This document shows, piece by piece, positions 18,767 through 28,497 of a DNA stretch of 64,000 bases (the stretch's first letter is position 1; every line of letters begins with the position of its first letter). Location: contig CBDDPY010000002.1 of assembly GCA_965232515.1 (NCBI GenBank), forward strand, positions 2,336,001-2,400,000, read 5' to 3'. The notes beneath the pieces were generated by a model. That model saw only the letters and a program-made list of their open reading frames with translations. It did not search any database and was not told where the DNA came from. Source of the DNA: Alphaproteobacteria bacterium. Its GTDB lineage: Bacteria > Pseudomonadota > Alphaproteobacteria > GCA-2731375. Both the position numbers and the translations under genes were made by a program.

Positions 18767-20068
18767 TCAGCCGTAGAACAGCCGGGGCAGATAGAGCGAC
18801 AGCCCGGGCACGAAGACCAACAGCGCCAGCCGCAGGATATCGACACACCAGAACGGGGTAACGCCGCGGAAAATCACCGAGGTCTTCACGTTCTGCAGCA
18901 CGCCCGACAGCACGAACACGTTCAGACCGACGGGCGGCGTGATCAGGCTGATTTCGGTGACGACGACCACGATGATGCCGAACCAGACCAGATCGAAGCC
19001 CATGCTCTGTACCAGCGGAAAGAAGATCGGCACCGTCAGCAACAGCATGGACAGGCTTTCGAACACGCAGCCCAGCACGATGTAGACCAGCAGGATCAGC
19101 AGGATGACGACGATCGCCGGCACATCGAAACTGGTCACCAGATCGCGCAGGCCGTCCGGCAGGCCGGCCCGGTTGACGAAGTTCGAGAAGATCAGGGCGC
19201 CGATCAAAACCAGGAAAAGCGTCGCGGTCGTGCGCGCGGTGTCGGCCAGGACCTCGAACAGCGCCGGCCAGCTGAGAGTGCCGCGGGCGAGCGCGATGAG
19301 GAAGGCCCCGCCGGCGCCAACACCGGCGGCCTCGGTCGGCGTGAAGACGCCGCCATAGATGCCGCCCATCACGGCGGCGAACAGCAAGAGCGTCGCCCAG
19401 ACTCCCTTCAGCGCCAGCAGGCGCGCCGGCCAGTCGGCCCGTTCGCCGCGCGGTCCGGCCGCCGGCCGGCGCCAGACCACGAACTGCACCGCAGCGAGAT
19501 ACAAGAACACGCCGATCAGCCCGGGAATGAAGCCGGCGGCGAACAGCTCGCGAATGCTGGTCTCGGTCAGCAGGCCGTAGATCACCAGGATCACGCTGGG
19601 CGGGATCAGGATGCCGAGCGTACCGCCTGACGCGATCGAGGCCGTCGCCAGTTCGTCGCTGTAGCCGTAGCGTCGCATCGACGGCATCGCCACCTTGGCC
19701 ATCGTCGCCGCCGTAGCCAGGCTGGAGCCGCAGATCGCGCTGAAGCCGCCGCAGGCGACGATGGTGGCCATGGCGAGGCCGCCGCGCCGATGGCCGAGAA
19801 AGGCGTTGGACGCCGCGTAAAGCTCGGACGACAGACCGGCGCGCGTCACCAGGTTGCCCATCAGGATGAACAGCGGCACCACCGACAGGCCGTAGTCCAT
19901 GGTGGTGTCCATGACCCGGCGCGAGGCCATCGACATGGCGACCAGCCAGTTCCAGTCGACCAGCGCCGCGAAGCCGACGAAGCCGACCACGCCCATGGCA
20001 AACGCAATGGGCATGCGCAGGAACACCAGCAACAGCAGGACGCCGAATCCGATCAGGGCCGCGGTCAT
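18767..20068 (-). CDS. dctM: TRAP transporter large permease
   Basis: PLFILMG, AICGSSLAT, GGTLGILIPPS, FTPTEA, ITPPVGLN. Confidence 0.95.
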   Translation of the reverse strand: MTAALIGFGVLLLLVFLRMPIAFAMGVVGFVGFAALVDWNWLVAMSMASRRVMDTTMDYGLSVVPLFILMGNLVTRAGLSSELYAASNAFLGHRRGGLAMATIVACGGFSAICGSSLATAATMAKVAMPSMRRYGYSDELATASIASGGTLGILIPPSVILVIYGLLTETSIRELFAAGFIPGLIGVFLYLAAVQFVVWRRPAAGPRGERADWPARLLALKGVWATLLLFAAVMGGIYGGVFTPTEAAGVGAGGAFLIALARGTLSWPALFEVLADTARTTATLFLVLIGALIFSNFVNRAGLPDGLRDLVTSFDVPAIVVILLILLVYIVLGCVFESLSMLLLTVPIFFPLVQSMGFDLVWFGIIVVVVTEISLITPPVGLNVFVLSGVLQNVKTSVIFRGVTPFWCVDILRLALLVFVPGLSLYLPRLFYG

Positions 20069-20099
20069 CGCGATCTCGTCTCGAGTGCCGGAAGGTTTG

Positions 20100-20621
20100 C
20101 TATTGGGTCAGCCGTGCGCGCCGCGGCGACAGCGGCCCGCGGCCGCGTGCATAGCGGACGACGTTGACCAGCAACGCCAGCGCGGTAACGCCGCTCATCA
20201 GGCTGATGAAGAACATCATCGGCGCCAGCGGGATATTCAGGTACTCCGTCGTGTCGCCGTACTCGGCCGTACGCTCGGCCAGCCCCCAGATCCGCCAGGC
20301 GATCGCGCCCAGCGCCACCGCGGCCACCAGGTTCATGGCCATCTGGCGCAGATTGACCAGCCCATTGGGAAACACGTTGTCCAGCAGGTCGACGCTGATG
20401 TGCTGCTCATGCCAGCTGACGACCGGCAGGACCGCGAAGACGATCACCGCCATCATCAGACGCGTAAGCTCGGTCGCGCCGTCGAGCGGCGCGTTCAGCA
20501 GATAGCGACCGACGACGTCGATGCAGGTCATCGTCATCAGCGCGAACAACGAAACGCCGGCCAACGCTTGCGGCAGCCGGTCCAAGATCAGGACCGGCCA
20601 CCGCCAGTGCGCGGCCATCAT
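20100..20621 (-). CDS. dctQ: TRAP transporter small permease
   Basis: DVVGRYLLNAPLDGATEL...HISVDLL, 4 TM; lies between dctP and dctM. Confidence 0.9.
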   Translation of the reverse strand: MMAAHWRWPVLILDRLPQALAGVSLFALMTMTCIDVVGRYLLNAPLDGATELTRLMMAVIVFAVLPVVSWHEQHISVDLLDNVFPNGLVNLRQMAMNLVAAVALGAIAWRIWGLAERTAEYGDTTEYLNIPLAPMMFFISLMSGVTALALLVNVVRYARGRGPLSPRRARLTQ

Positions 20622-20653
20622 TCCGTCGTCGGATGGCGACAAGAGTGGGCGCC

Positions 20654-21664
20654 CTACATAGCGCCGGCGGCGGCGCGCAGTTCCGCCAGCGCCGCGGCGG
20701 CGTCGACGCCCTTCTTGCTCGCGGCGGCGACCCAGTCCTTCTCGATATGGGCCACGAGCTTCTTGTACTCGGCCGCCATGTCGTCGCTGGCGACGACAAT
20801 GTCGTTGCCGGCCTCTTTCGCCGCCGCCGTGCCGACCTTGTCGATCCCGTCCCACATGGCGCCGACCATGCGCGAGAGCTTCTCGCCGGAGACGCTCATC
20901 ACCGCCTCGCGGTCGGCCGCCGACAGGCTGTTCAGCTTGTCGTTGTTCATGACCAGCGCGAAGCTGCCGTAGTAGAGGCCGCCCGGCATGATCACCGTGT
21001 TGGGCGCCACCTCCATCAGCCGAAAGCTCTTCTTCGTCTCCATCGGCATGAACACGCCGTCGGCGACGCCGCTTGCCACCGTCTCGTAGACCTTCGGCGC
21101 CGGCACCCGCACGCCGACGACGCCTAGCGCCTCGCCGACGGCGCCCGATACGCCGCCGCCGATGCGGATCTTCAGGCCCTTGAGGTCCGCGAGGCTGTTG
21201 ATCTTCTCCTTGGTGTGGATCGCGCCCTGGCCGTGCGTCGTCAGCGCAAGCAGCGTAATGCCCTTATGCTCGCCCGCCTGGTCCAGATACTTCTGGTGCA
21301 CGCGCCAATAGGCGACTGACGCGGCTTCGGCCGAGGTACCGAGGCCCGGCAACTCGACGATCTGCGTCAGAACATAGCGGCCGGGATTGTAGCCATGGAA
21401 GATCCAGGTCGCGTCGGCAATGCCGTCGCGCACGACATCGAGCTGCGCCGGCGGCGGCGCCAGACCGTACTCGACCTTGACCTTGACCCGGCCCTCGGTC
21501 GCTTCTTCCACCCATTTGCCCCAGGTGGGCCAGACGATGGCGTTAATGCCATGCGTCGGCGGGGCCCAACTGCTGACCCGAATAACCGTCTCGGCCTGGG
21601 CCGACAGGCCCGAAACCGTCATTGCCGCGGCCGCGGCAATGCCTAGAAAACGCCCAAAATGCAT
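20654..21664 (-). CDS. dctP: TRAP transporter substrate-binding protein
   Basis: Signal peptide, SSWAPPTH, VRDGIAD, DLKGLKIR. Confidence 0.93.
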   Translation of the reverse strand: MHFGRFLGIAAAAAMTVSGLSAQAETVIRVSSWAPPTHGINAIVWPTWGKWVEEATEGRVKVKVEYGLAPPPAQLDVVRDGIADATWIFHGYNPGRYVLTQIVELPGLGTSAEAASVAYWRVHQKYLDQAGEHKGITLLALTTHGQGAIHTKEKINSLADLKGLKIRIGGGVSGAVGEALGVVGVRVPAPKVYETVASGVADGVFMPMETKKSFRLMEVAPNTVIMPGGLYYGSFALVMNNDKLNSLSAADREAVMSVSGEKLSRMVGAMWDGIDKVGTAAAKEAGNDIVVASDDMAAEYKKLVAHIEKDWVAAASKKGVDAAAALAELRAAAGAM

Positions 21665-21747
21665 CGAAGTGCCTCCCTATCTCGACGTGGCTGACAGCAT
21701 ATCAGCAAGCCGCCGGCATGCGCTTATCATTGCCAATTTCCGGCGAA

Positions 21748-21765
21748 TGGTTGCTTGTGAAACTA
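21748..21765. promoter_or_regulatory. Imperfect palindrome in the divergent promoter (candidate repressor operator)
   Basis: TGGTTGCTTGTGAAACTA; 10/18 positions are self-complementary; lies between dctP and the VOC gene. Confidence 0.3.
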
Positions 21766-21839
21766 ATTACTGAGTGCGCCCGGCACTGTCAAACGCGACG
21801 ACCGTGGCGGGGCCGATAAAGGCGGGCTAAGATCGGCGC

Positions 21840-22391
21840 ATGCAACGGCCCCCTGCACTCCAATTCAGCCATATGGGCATCTTCGTGCACGGGCTTGCCC
21901 GCATGCGGGATTTCTATGTCCGGGTGCTGGGTTTCGTGGTCACGGACGAGGGCGATCTGGGCGACCGCAAGCTGACCTTCCTCAGCCGGAACCCGGACGA
22001 GCACCATCAACTCGTGCTCTGCGAGGGCCGGCCGGCCGATATCGGGTTCAACACCGTGAACCAGATCTCGTTCCGGGTCGCCGAGCTCGCCGATTTGCGC
22101 ACGCTGCATGGCATGGTCAGCGAAGAGGCCGACATCAGCGAGCTGACGGCGATCACCCATGGCATTGCCTGGAGCATTTATTTCAAGGATCCGGAGGGCA
22201 ACCGCATCGAAGTTTTCGTCGACAGCCCGTGGTACATCGAACAGCCGATCCGCGAGCCGATCGACCTGTCGAAAAGCGATGCCGACCTGTTCGCGGAGAC
22301 CGAGGCCCGCGCCAAGGCCAACCCCAGTTTCCGGCCGATGTCCGAATGGCGGCAGGATCTGGCACGGAAAATCGACAGCGGCCTGACGTAG
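21840..22391 (+). CDS. VOC (glyoxalase/extradiol dioxygenase fold) protein
   Basis: FSHMGIFV..MRDFYVRVLGF, EHHQLVL, THG..SIYFKDPEGNRIE. Confidence 0.9.
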   Translation: MQRPPALQFSHMGIFVHGLARMRDFYVRVLGFVVTDEGDLGDRKLTFLSRNPDEHHQLVLCEGRPADIGFNTVNQISFRVAELADLRTLHGMVSEEADISELTAITHGIAWSIYFKDPEGNRIEVFVDSPWYIEQPIREPIDLSKSDADLFAETEARAKANPSFRPMSEWRQDLARKIDSGLT

Positions 22392-22394
22392 TTC

Positions 22395-24110
22395 ATGTAC
22401 ACGCCACCGCCCCGACCGAAGCCGTCGCTCTATTTCGAGTATCCGAGGTTCGACTTCGTCCGTCCGCCGGAGCTGGATGGCGACCGGACGCAGCACCAAG
22501 TCGCCATCGTCGGCGGCGGCCCGGTCGGCCTGACCTGCGCCATCGAGCTGGCCCGCCACGGCATCCCGTCGGTGGTGATCGAGAACGACGCCACGGTCGC
22601 CGATGGCAGCCGCGCCGTCTGTATCGCCCGGCGCAGCATGGAAATCCTGCAGCATGTCGGCGTCGCCGAGCGCTTCCTGGACAAGGCTTTGGTCTGGACC
22701 GGCGGCCGCTCGTTCTACCGCAATCAGGTGGTGTTCGAGCTGGAGATGCCGCACAGTGACGACAGCCGCTATCACCCCATGACCAACCTGCAGCAGTGCT
22801 ATATCGAGCAGTTTTTGGTCGAGCACATCGACGCCATCGACGGCATCGAGATCCGCTGGCAGAGCCAGGTCACCGGCGTCGCACAGACGGACGACGGGGT
22901 GCGCATCGGCGTCGACACGCCCGAAGGACCGTACGAACTCGAGGCCGACTACGTGCTTGCCGCCGACGGCGCGCGCTCGACCATGCGCGAACTCATGGGC
23001 CTGAAGCTGAGCGGCACGTCCTACAGCGGCAAGTATCTGATCGCCGACATCAAGATGGCCTCGCCGCACCGGATCGAGCGCCGCGCCTGGTTCGATCCGC
23101 CGGCCAATCCGGGCTCCACCGTGCTGATGCACAAGCAGCCCGACGACATCTGGCGCGTCGATTACCAGCTTCTCGACGACGACAACGAAGCCGAGGAACT
23201 GCAGGAGGACCGCATCCGCGAGCGCATCCAGATGCAGCTCGACATGATCGGCGAGACCACGCCCTGGGAGCTCGACTGGTACAGCCTCTACAAGGCGCAC
23301 TGCCTGTGTCTCGACAACTACCGGCAGGGCCGGGTGCTGTTTGTTGGCGACGCCGCGCATCTGGTGCCGATCTTCGGCGTGCGCGGACTGAACTCGGGCC
23401 TGGCGGACGCCAATAATCTCGGCTGGAAGCTGGCCTATGTGCTGAAGGGCTGGGCGCCGGATGATCTGCTCGACACCTACAACCACGAACGCCGCGAGGC
23501 GACGCAGGAGATCTTCCGCGAGGCCGGCAAATCGACCGCGTTCATGACGCCGCCCAGCCGCGGTTACCGTCTCATGCGCGATGCGACGCTGTCATTGGCG
23601 CTTTCCGAAACCTGGCCGCGCGGGCTGATCAACCCGCGCCAGTCGCAGCCCTACGACTACACCGACAGCCGCCTGAACAGCACGCCGGCCGACGACCGGA
23701 GCTTCACGGCCGGTCCGCGCATCGGTGCGCCGCTGCTGAATATGCGGCTGCCCGGGGCGGCCGACGGCGCCAATGCGCCGGCCTTCCTGCTGGACGACCT
23801 TGGTTTGGGCTTCACGCTGATCTGCTTCTGCGACGACGCGCTCGCAACCGATATCGCCGAAACCATTCATCGCCTGCAGATCGGCGACGAGCCGGTCAAA
23901 ACGATCGTCATCGCCCGTCAGGTCCTGGCCATCGATGGCGCGCAGGTTGTGGTCGATCCGGAGGGACGGTTTTTCGACGCCTATGGCGCCGGCCCCGGCA
24001 GCGCCTATCTCGCCCGGCCCGACGCCCATGTCTGCGCGCGCTGGCAACGGGCGAGCGGCGGCGCCATCGAGGCGGCCCTGGCGACGGCCGTCATGCGGAG
24101 CGAAACGTGA
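22395..24110 (+). CDS. FAD-dependent aromatic monooxygenase (PheA/MhpA-type flavoprotein)
   Basis: GGGPVG, ADGARS (DG motif), GDAAHLVPIFGVRGLNSG...NLGWKLA (GD motif), C-terminal thioredoxin-like RPDAHV. Confidence 0.92.
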   Translation: MYTPPPRPKPSLYFEYPRFDFVRPPELDGDRTQHQVAIVGGGPVGLTCAIELARHGIPSVVIENDATVADGSRAVCIARRSMEILQHVGVAERFLDKALVWTGGRSFYRNQVVFELEMPHSDDSRYHPMTNLQQCYIEQFLVEHIDAIDGIEIRWQSQVTGVAQTDDGVRIGVDTPEGPYELEADYVLAADGARSTMRELMGLKLSGTSYSGKYLIADIKMASPHRIERRAWFDPPANPGSTVLMHKQPDDIWRVDYQLLDDDNEAEELQEDRIRERIQMQLDMIGETTPWELDWYSLYKAHCLCLDNYRQGRVLFVGDAAHLVPIFGVRGLNSGLADANNLGWKLAYVLKGWAPDDLLDTYNHERREATQEIFREAGKSTAFMTPPSRGYRLMRDATLSLALSETWPRGLINPRQSQPYDYTDSRLNSTPADDRSFTAGPRIGAPLLNMRLPGAADGANAPAFLLDDLGLGFTLICFCDDALATDIAETIHRLQIGDEPVKTIVIARQVLAIDGAQVVVDPEGRFFDAYGAGPGSAYLARPDAHVCARWQRASGGAIEAALATAVMRSET

Positions 24111-24301
24111 TGGCCGATTCGTTGCCGTTCCCCGACCTTGAAAAGGCGTTCGAGGCGATCGCCGCCGCGATCGACGATGTCGGCGAGGACAAGGACCGGT
24201 TGTTCCTGGCCAAGCTGGCGCTGGCGTTGAGCCATAAGCTCGGCGATCTCGACGCCATTACGGACGCCATCGCCACCGCCAAGCGCGACCTCGACGGTTA
24301 A
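24110..24301 (+). CDS. Small helical partner protein, DUF2783/MhaB-like
   Basis: TGATG overlap with the monooxygenase; LEKAFEAIAAAIDDVG...LFLAKLALALS. Confidence 0.7.
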   Translation: MADSLPFPDLEKAFEAIAAAIDDVGEDKDRLFLAKLALALSHKLGDLDAITDAIATAKRDLDG

Positions 24302-25071
24302 CGGGCCGGCGTCAGTCCCGCAGGCAGGCGCGTATAGGCATCGCTGCCCGCCGTCGCCAGCTGCGCTTGCGTCAACGACTGGGCGAGACGCAACTCGGCG
24401 CCCGCGAGATTGACGTCGTCGAGATTGGCGAACGACAGATTGGTCATGCGCAAATTGGCGCCGCTCAGGTTGGCGGACGTGAAATCCGCGCGCGCCGCAT
24501 TGGCGTCCTGCAGACAGGCATCGGCCAGGTTTGCAGCGCGGAAAACGCAGCGCGTGAGGTTCGCCGCCTGCAGGAAAGCGTCCGTCAGATTGGCATCAGC
24601 CAACGAACTCCGGCGCATGTTCGCGGCCTGAAGGTTGACGTCGGTCAGGTTCGACGAGGTCAGGTCGGCATGTGTGAGGTCGGCCTTTTGCAGATGTGCC
24701 GCCGCAAGGTTCGTGTCCCGCAGAACCGCATGGTTCAGGTCTGCCTTCTGCAAATCGACGCGCAAGAGTCCCGCCGATGACAGGTCGGCATGATCCAACA
24801 CGGCCTTTTGCAGCGACGCGCGCGTCAGATCGGCACCCGCCAGCAACGTCCGCCGCAGGCGCGCCTTCAGCAGGTTGGCCCGGGTGAGATCGGCGCCGCG
24901 CAGATCGGCACGCGACAGATCCACCTTCTGCAGATCGCGGCGCCGCAGGTCCGCGTTGCGTAGATCCGCCCGGGCGCCCGCCGCGCCATTGGTCTCGAGC
25001 CAGCGCGCGTGGTCGCGAAGGATCGCGTCCAGCGACGACGACGAGATCGGTTCGGCTTCAGCGTCCGGCAT
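24298..25071 (-). CDS. Pentapeptide repeat protein
   Basis: About 40 A(D/N)Lxx repeats after an N-terminal ILRDHARWLET..GARADL cap. Confidence 0.92.
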   Translation of the reverse strand: MPDAEAEPISSSSLDAILRDHARWLETNGAAGARADLRNADLRRRDLQKVDLSRADLRGADLTRANLLKARLRRTLLAGADLTRASLQKAVLDHADLSSAGLLRVDLQKADLNHAVLRDTNLAAAHLQKADLTHADLTSSNLTDVNLQAANMRRSSLADANLTDAFLQAANLTRCVFRAANLADACLQDANAARADFTSANLSGANLRMTNLSFANLDDVNLAGAELRLAQSLTQAQLATAGSDAYTRLPAGLTPAR

Positions 25072-25096
25072 CACACCACATCTTTGTCCGCAAACG

Positions 25097-26092
25097 TCAG
25101 CCGCCGACGTCGATTACCGTCCGCCCACGCACCTGGCCTTTCAGGATCTCGCCCGTGATCGCCGGCACCTCGGCCAGCGGCCGCACGTCGGTCATGGCGT
25201 CGAGCTTGTCGAGCGGCAGGTCCTTGGCGAGGCGCGCCCAGGCCGCGCCACGCTTCGGCTGCGGGCAATAGACGCTTTCGATGCCGTACAGCTTCACGCC
25301 GCGCAGGATGAACGGCATGACCGTCGTCGGCAGGTCGAAGCCGCCGGCGAGGCCGCAGGCGGCGACCGTGCCGCCGTATTTCGTCGCGGCCAGCACGTTC
25401 CCCAGCACCTGGCTGCCGACCGTATCGATACCGCCGGCCCAGCGCTCGCCCGCCAATGGCCGGCCCTCGGCGCTCAGCTCCTCGCGCGGCACGATCGTGG
25501 CGGCGCCGAGGCCCTTGAGATACTCATGCAAGCTCTCGCGACCGGTCGAGGCGGCGACCTGATAGCCGAGCTTCGCCAGGATGGCCGTGGCGACACTGCC
25601 GACGCCGCCGCCGGCCCCGGTGACGACGATCTCGCCGTCGTCCGGGCCGATGCCCATCTCCTCCAGGGCCATGACGCTCAGCATCGCCGTGAAGCCCGCC
25701 GTGCCGATGGCCATGGTCTGCTGCAGGCTGAGGCCGTCCGGCCGTTTCACCAGCCAGGACGCTTTGGCGCGTGCCTTCTGAGAATAGCCGCCGGAATGCC
25801 GTTCGCCGACGCCCCAGCCGGTCAGCACGACCTCGTCGCCGGGCTGGAAATCGCCGCTGTCTGAGGCCTCGACGACGCCGGCATAGTCGATACCCGGCGC
25901 CATCGGCAGGCTGCGCATGATCTTCGACTTGTTGCCCTGGACCGCCAGGCCGTCCTTGTAGTTCACGGTCGAATACTTCACCGCGACCGTGACCTCGCCT
26001 TCGGGCAGGTCCGCGTCGCTGATGTCGGTCAGTTCGATGCCGACCTTGCCGTCCCGTTCCGTCGCCCAAATAGCTTTGAAGCTGCCGCTCAT
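25097..26092 (-). CDS. acuI: MDR-family oxidoreductase YhdH/AcuI (acrylyl-CoA reductase-like)
   Basis: YSTVNYKDGLA, GWGVGE, AIGTAGFTAML, ACGLAGGFDLPTTVMPFILRGV. Confidence 0.85.
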   Translation of the reverse strand: MSGSFKAIWATERDGKVGIELTDISDADLPEGEVTVAVKYSTVNYKDGLAVQGNKSKIMRSLPMAPGIDYAGVVEASDSGDFQPGDEVVLTGWGVGERHSGGYSQKARAKASWLVKRPDGLSLQQTMAIGTAGFTAMLSVMALEEMGIGPDDGEIVVTGAGGGVGSVATAILAKLGYQVAASTGRESLHEYLKGLGAATIVPREELSAEGRPLAGERWAGGIDTVGSQVLGNVLAATKYGGTVAACGLAGGFDLPTTVMPFILRGVKLYGIESVYCPQPKRGAAWARLAKDLPLDKLDAMTDVRPLAEVPAITGEILKGQVRGRTVIDVGG

Positions 26093-26121
26093 GTCATCTC
26101 CCAATCAACGATGCCGTCGGC

Positions 26122-27288
26122 TCAGCGCAGCGGCTCAAGAATGCTGACGTAGCTGGCGACCGCCGCGCCGCCCATGTTCATAACACCGGCGAGCTTGGCA
26201 TCCGGCACCTGCATGGCCTCGGCCTGGCCGCTGACCTGCATCGCGGCCATCACATGCATCGATACGCCGGTGGCGCCGATCGGATGGCCCTTGGCCTTCA
26301 GGCCGCCCGACGGATTGACCGGCAGCCGGCCGTCCTTGCGGGTCCAGCCTTCCAGGATCGCTTGCGCGCCCTTGCCCTTCTCGGTCAAGCCCATGGCCTC
26401 GTACTCGATCAGCTCGGCAATGGTGAAGCAGTCATGGGTCTCGACCAGGCTGAGGTCGCCGAGACCGAGCCCGGCCTGAGCGAAGGCCTTCTGCCAGGCG
26501 AGCTCCGGCCCCTCGAAGGCGATGATGTCGCGCCGGCTCATCGGCAGCAGGTCGTTGACATGCACGTTGGCGCGGAACGCCACCGCCCTGTTCATGCCGA
26601 GCGCCGTTTGCACATCGGTCAGCACCACGGCCGCCGCGCCGTCCGAGATCATCGAGCAGTCCGTGCGCTTCAGCGGGCCGGCGACGAACGGGTTCTTGTC
26701 GCTCTCCTCGCGGCAAAAATCGAAACCGACATCCTTTTGCATGTGGGCATAGGGATTGACCGACCCGTTCTTGTGGTTCTTGGCCGCGATATGGGCGAGC
26801 GCGTCGCGCTGATCGCCGTATTTCTGAAAATAGGATTCGGCGATACGGCCGAAGATGCCGGGGAACGACATGCCTGGCACGTTCTCCTCAGCCACGTAGG
26901 AGCATTTGATCAGCACGTCGCCGACATCGCGCGACGACATCGCCGTCATCTTCTCGACGCCGACGGCCAACACGAACCGCGCGCGCTTGGCCTCGATGGC
27001 GTTCAGGCCCTCGTAGATCGCGGCCGAACCCGTGGCGCAGGCATTCTCGACCCGGGTCGCCGGCTTGAAGCGCAGGGCGTCGTCGGCCTGCAGCACCAGG
27101 CTGGCGGCGAAGTCCTGCGGGTCCATGCCGCCGTTGAAGGTGCCGAGAAAGATCTCGTCCACGTCCTTCGGCTCGATGCCGGCGTCCGCGATGGCCTTGG
27201 CCGCGACGTCGACCACCAGGCTCTCGAGATCGCGATCCTCCAGCTTGCCGAAACGACTGTGGTTCCAGCCAACGATACAGGCGGTCAT
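26122..27288 (-). CDS. Thiolase-family acetyl-CoA acetyltransferase (SCP2-thiolase-like)
   Basis: RVENACATGSAA, KNHKNG, ETHDCF, NPSGGLKAKGHPIGATG; AAGGAG RBS. Confidence 0.92.
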   Translation of the reverse strand: MTACIVGWNHSRFGKLEDRDLESLVVDVAAKAIADAGIEPKDVDEIFLGTFNGGMDPQDFAASLVLQADDALRFKPATRVENACATGSAAIYEGLNAIEAKRARFVLAVGVEKMTAMSSRDVGDVLIKCSYVAEENVPGMSFPGIFGRIAESYFQKYGDQRDALAHIAAKNHKNGSVNPYAHMQKDVGFDFCREESDKNPFVAGPLKRTDCSMISDGAAAVVLTDVQTALGMNRAVAFRANVHVNDLLPMSRRDIIAFEGPELAWQKAFAQAGLGLGDLSLVETHDCFTIAELIEYEAMGLTEKGKGAQAILEGWTRKDGRLPVNPSGGLKAKGHPIGATGVSMHVMAAMQVSGQAEAMQVPDAKLAGVMNMGGAAVASYVSILEPLR

Positions 27289-27412
27289 GGCGTAGCTCCT
27301 TTGGCGGCCGGCCGACGCGGCGCGGCGGCATCGGCGGCGTGGCATTCTGTCTGGAAGGCTTTGTCATACATAGCGCATGCTACCGCAGTGCACAATAAAC
27401 CGGAGGAACGTC

Positions 27413-28180
27413 ATGCGTCTGGCCAGCAAATCCACGATCGTCACCGGCGCGGGCCGCGGTATCGGCGAAGGCATCGCGCTGCGTTTCGGCCGCGAGGGCG
27501 CGCTTGTCGCCTGCGCCGATCTCGACGGTGACGCCGCGAACAGGACCGCGGACGCGATCAACGAGGCCGGCGGTAAGGCCATCGCCAGCCGCGTCGACGT
27601 CGGCTCGGCCGACGACGCGGAACGCCTGACCGCGGAGACATTTGTCGCATTCGGTGGTGTCGACGCCATCGTCAACGTCGCCGGCATCGGTGGCCTTGCC
27701 GCCTTCCTCGACCTCGACGAGGCCGGCTTCGAGCGGATCATGCGGGTCAACGTCATGGGCACGTTCCTCTGTGCCCAGGCCGCGGCGCGCCAGATGGTCG
27801 CCCATGGCGGCGGCCGCATCGTCAACATTTCCTCGATCTCCGGCCAGCGCGCCGGCTGGGGCCGCACGGCCTACGGCACCTCGAAGGCCGCCGTGATCCA
27901 GCTCACCCGGCAGATGGCCATGGAGCTGGCGCCGCACAACATCACCGCCAACGCCATCGCGCCCGGACCGGTCGATACCGACCTGACCCGGGCCGACCAC
28001 ACGCCGGAGACGCGGGCTGCCTACAGCCGCATGGTGCCGCTCGGCCGCTACGGCAGGGTTGAGGAAATGACCGACGCCGCCGTCTTCCTCGCCAGCGACG
28101 AAAGCGCCTACATCACCGGCCATGTGCTCAACGTCGACGGCGGCTACATGGCCGCCGGCATCAAATTCGATGACTTATGA
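27413..28180 (+). CDS. Short-chain dehydrogenase/reductase
   Basis: TGAGRGIG, NISS, YGTSK, VDGG; GGAGG RBS. Confidence 0.93.
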   Translation: MRLASKSTIVTGAGRGIGEGIALRFGREGALVACADLDGDAANRTADAINEAGGKAIASRVDVGSADDAERLTAETFVAFGGVDAIVNVAGIGGLAAFLDLDEAGFERIMRVNVMGTFLCAQAAARQMVAHGGGRIVNISSISGQRAGWGRTAYGTSKAAVIQLTRQMAMELAPHNITANAIAPGPVDTDLTRADHTPETRAAYSRMVPLGRYGRVEEMTDAAVFLASDESAYITGHVLNVDGGYMAAGIKFDDL

Positions 28181-28192
28181 ACCGGATGGACG

Positions 28193-28236
28193 TTGCAACG
28201 CCCATCGAACCAGTTTAATCTAGACAGTCTAGATTA
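28193..28236 (+). promoter_or_regulatory. sigma70-like promoter overlapped by a perfect palindromic TA operator
   Basis: TTGCAA (28193)-N17-TAATCT (28216); palindrome TAATCTAGAC-A-GTCTAGATTA at 28216-28236. Confidence 0.7.
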
Positions 28237-28251
28237 TTAAGGAGGTCTATC

Positions 28252-28497
28252 ATTACAGCTTGGAAATTGCAGGACGCGAAAAATCGGTTCAGCGAAGTGG
28301 TCGAACGCGCGCTCAACGAGGGACCGCAGATCGTGACGAGGCGTGGTGTTGAAACGGCAGTCGTCCTGTCAGCCGACGACTTCCATCGGTTGGCCGGCAG
28401 TAAGCCTGGATTCGTGGATTTCCTCCGTTCCGGACCGACGTTTGAAGACCTCGACCTCGAGCGCGATCAGTCGCCGCCACGGAATGTGGAGCTATGA
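28252..28497 (+). CDS. Phd/YefM-family antitoxin, probable ATT start
   Basis: xTAWKLQDAKNRFSEVVERALNEGPQIVTRRG; AAGGAGG lies 6 nt before an in-frame ATT (ORF track uses TTG 28267). Confidence 0.85.
   Translation: MTAWKLQDAKNRFSEVVERALNEGPQIVTRRGVETAVVLSADDFHRLAGSKPGFVDFLRSGPTFEDLDLERDQSPPRNVEL

Noticed and set aside
24298-25071. Pentapeptide repeat protein as a Qnr/MfpA resistance gene or a DNA repeat array
   Set aside because: The repeats are protein-level A(D/N)Lxx with a generic N-cap and nothing specific to Qnr; they are not CRISPR-like.
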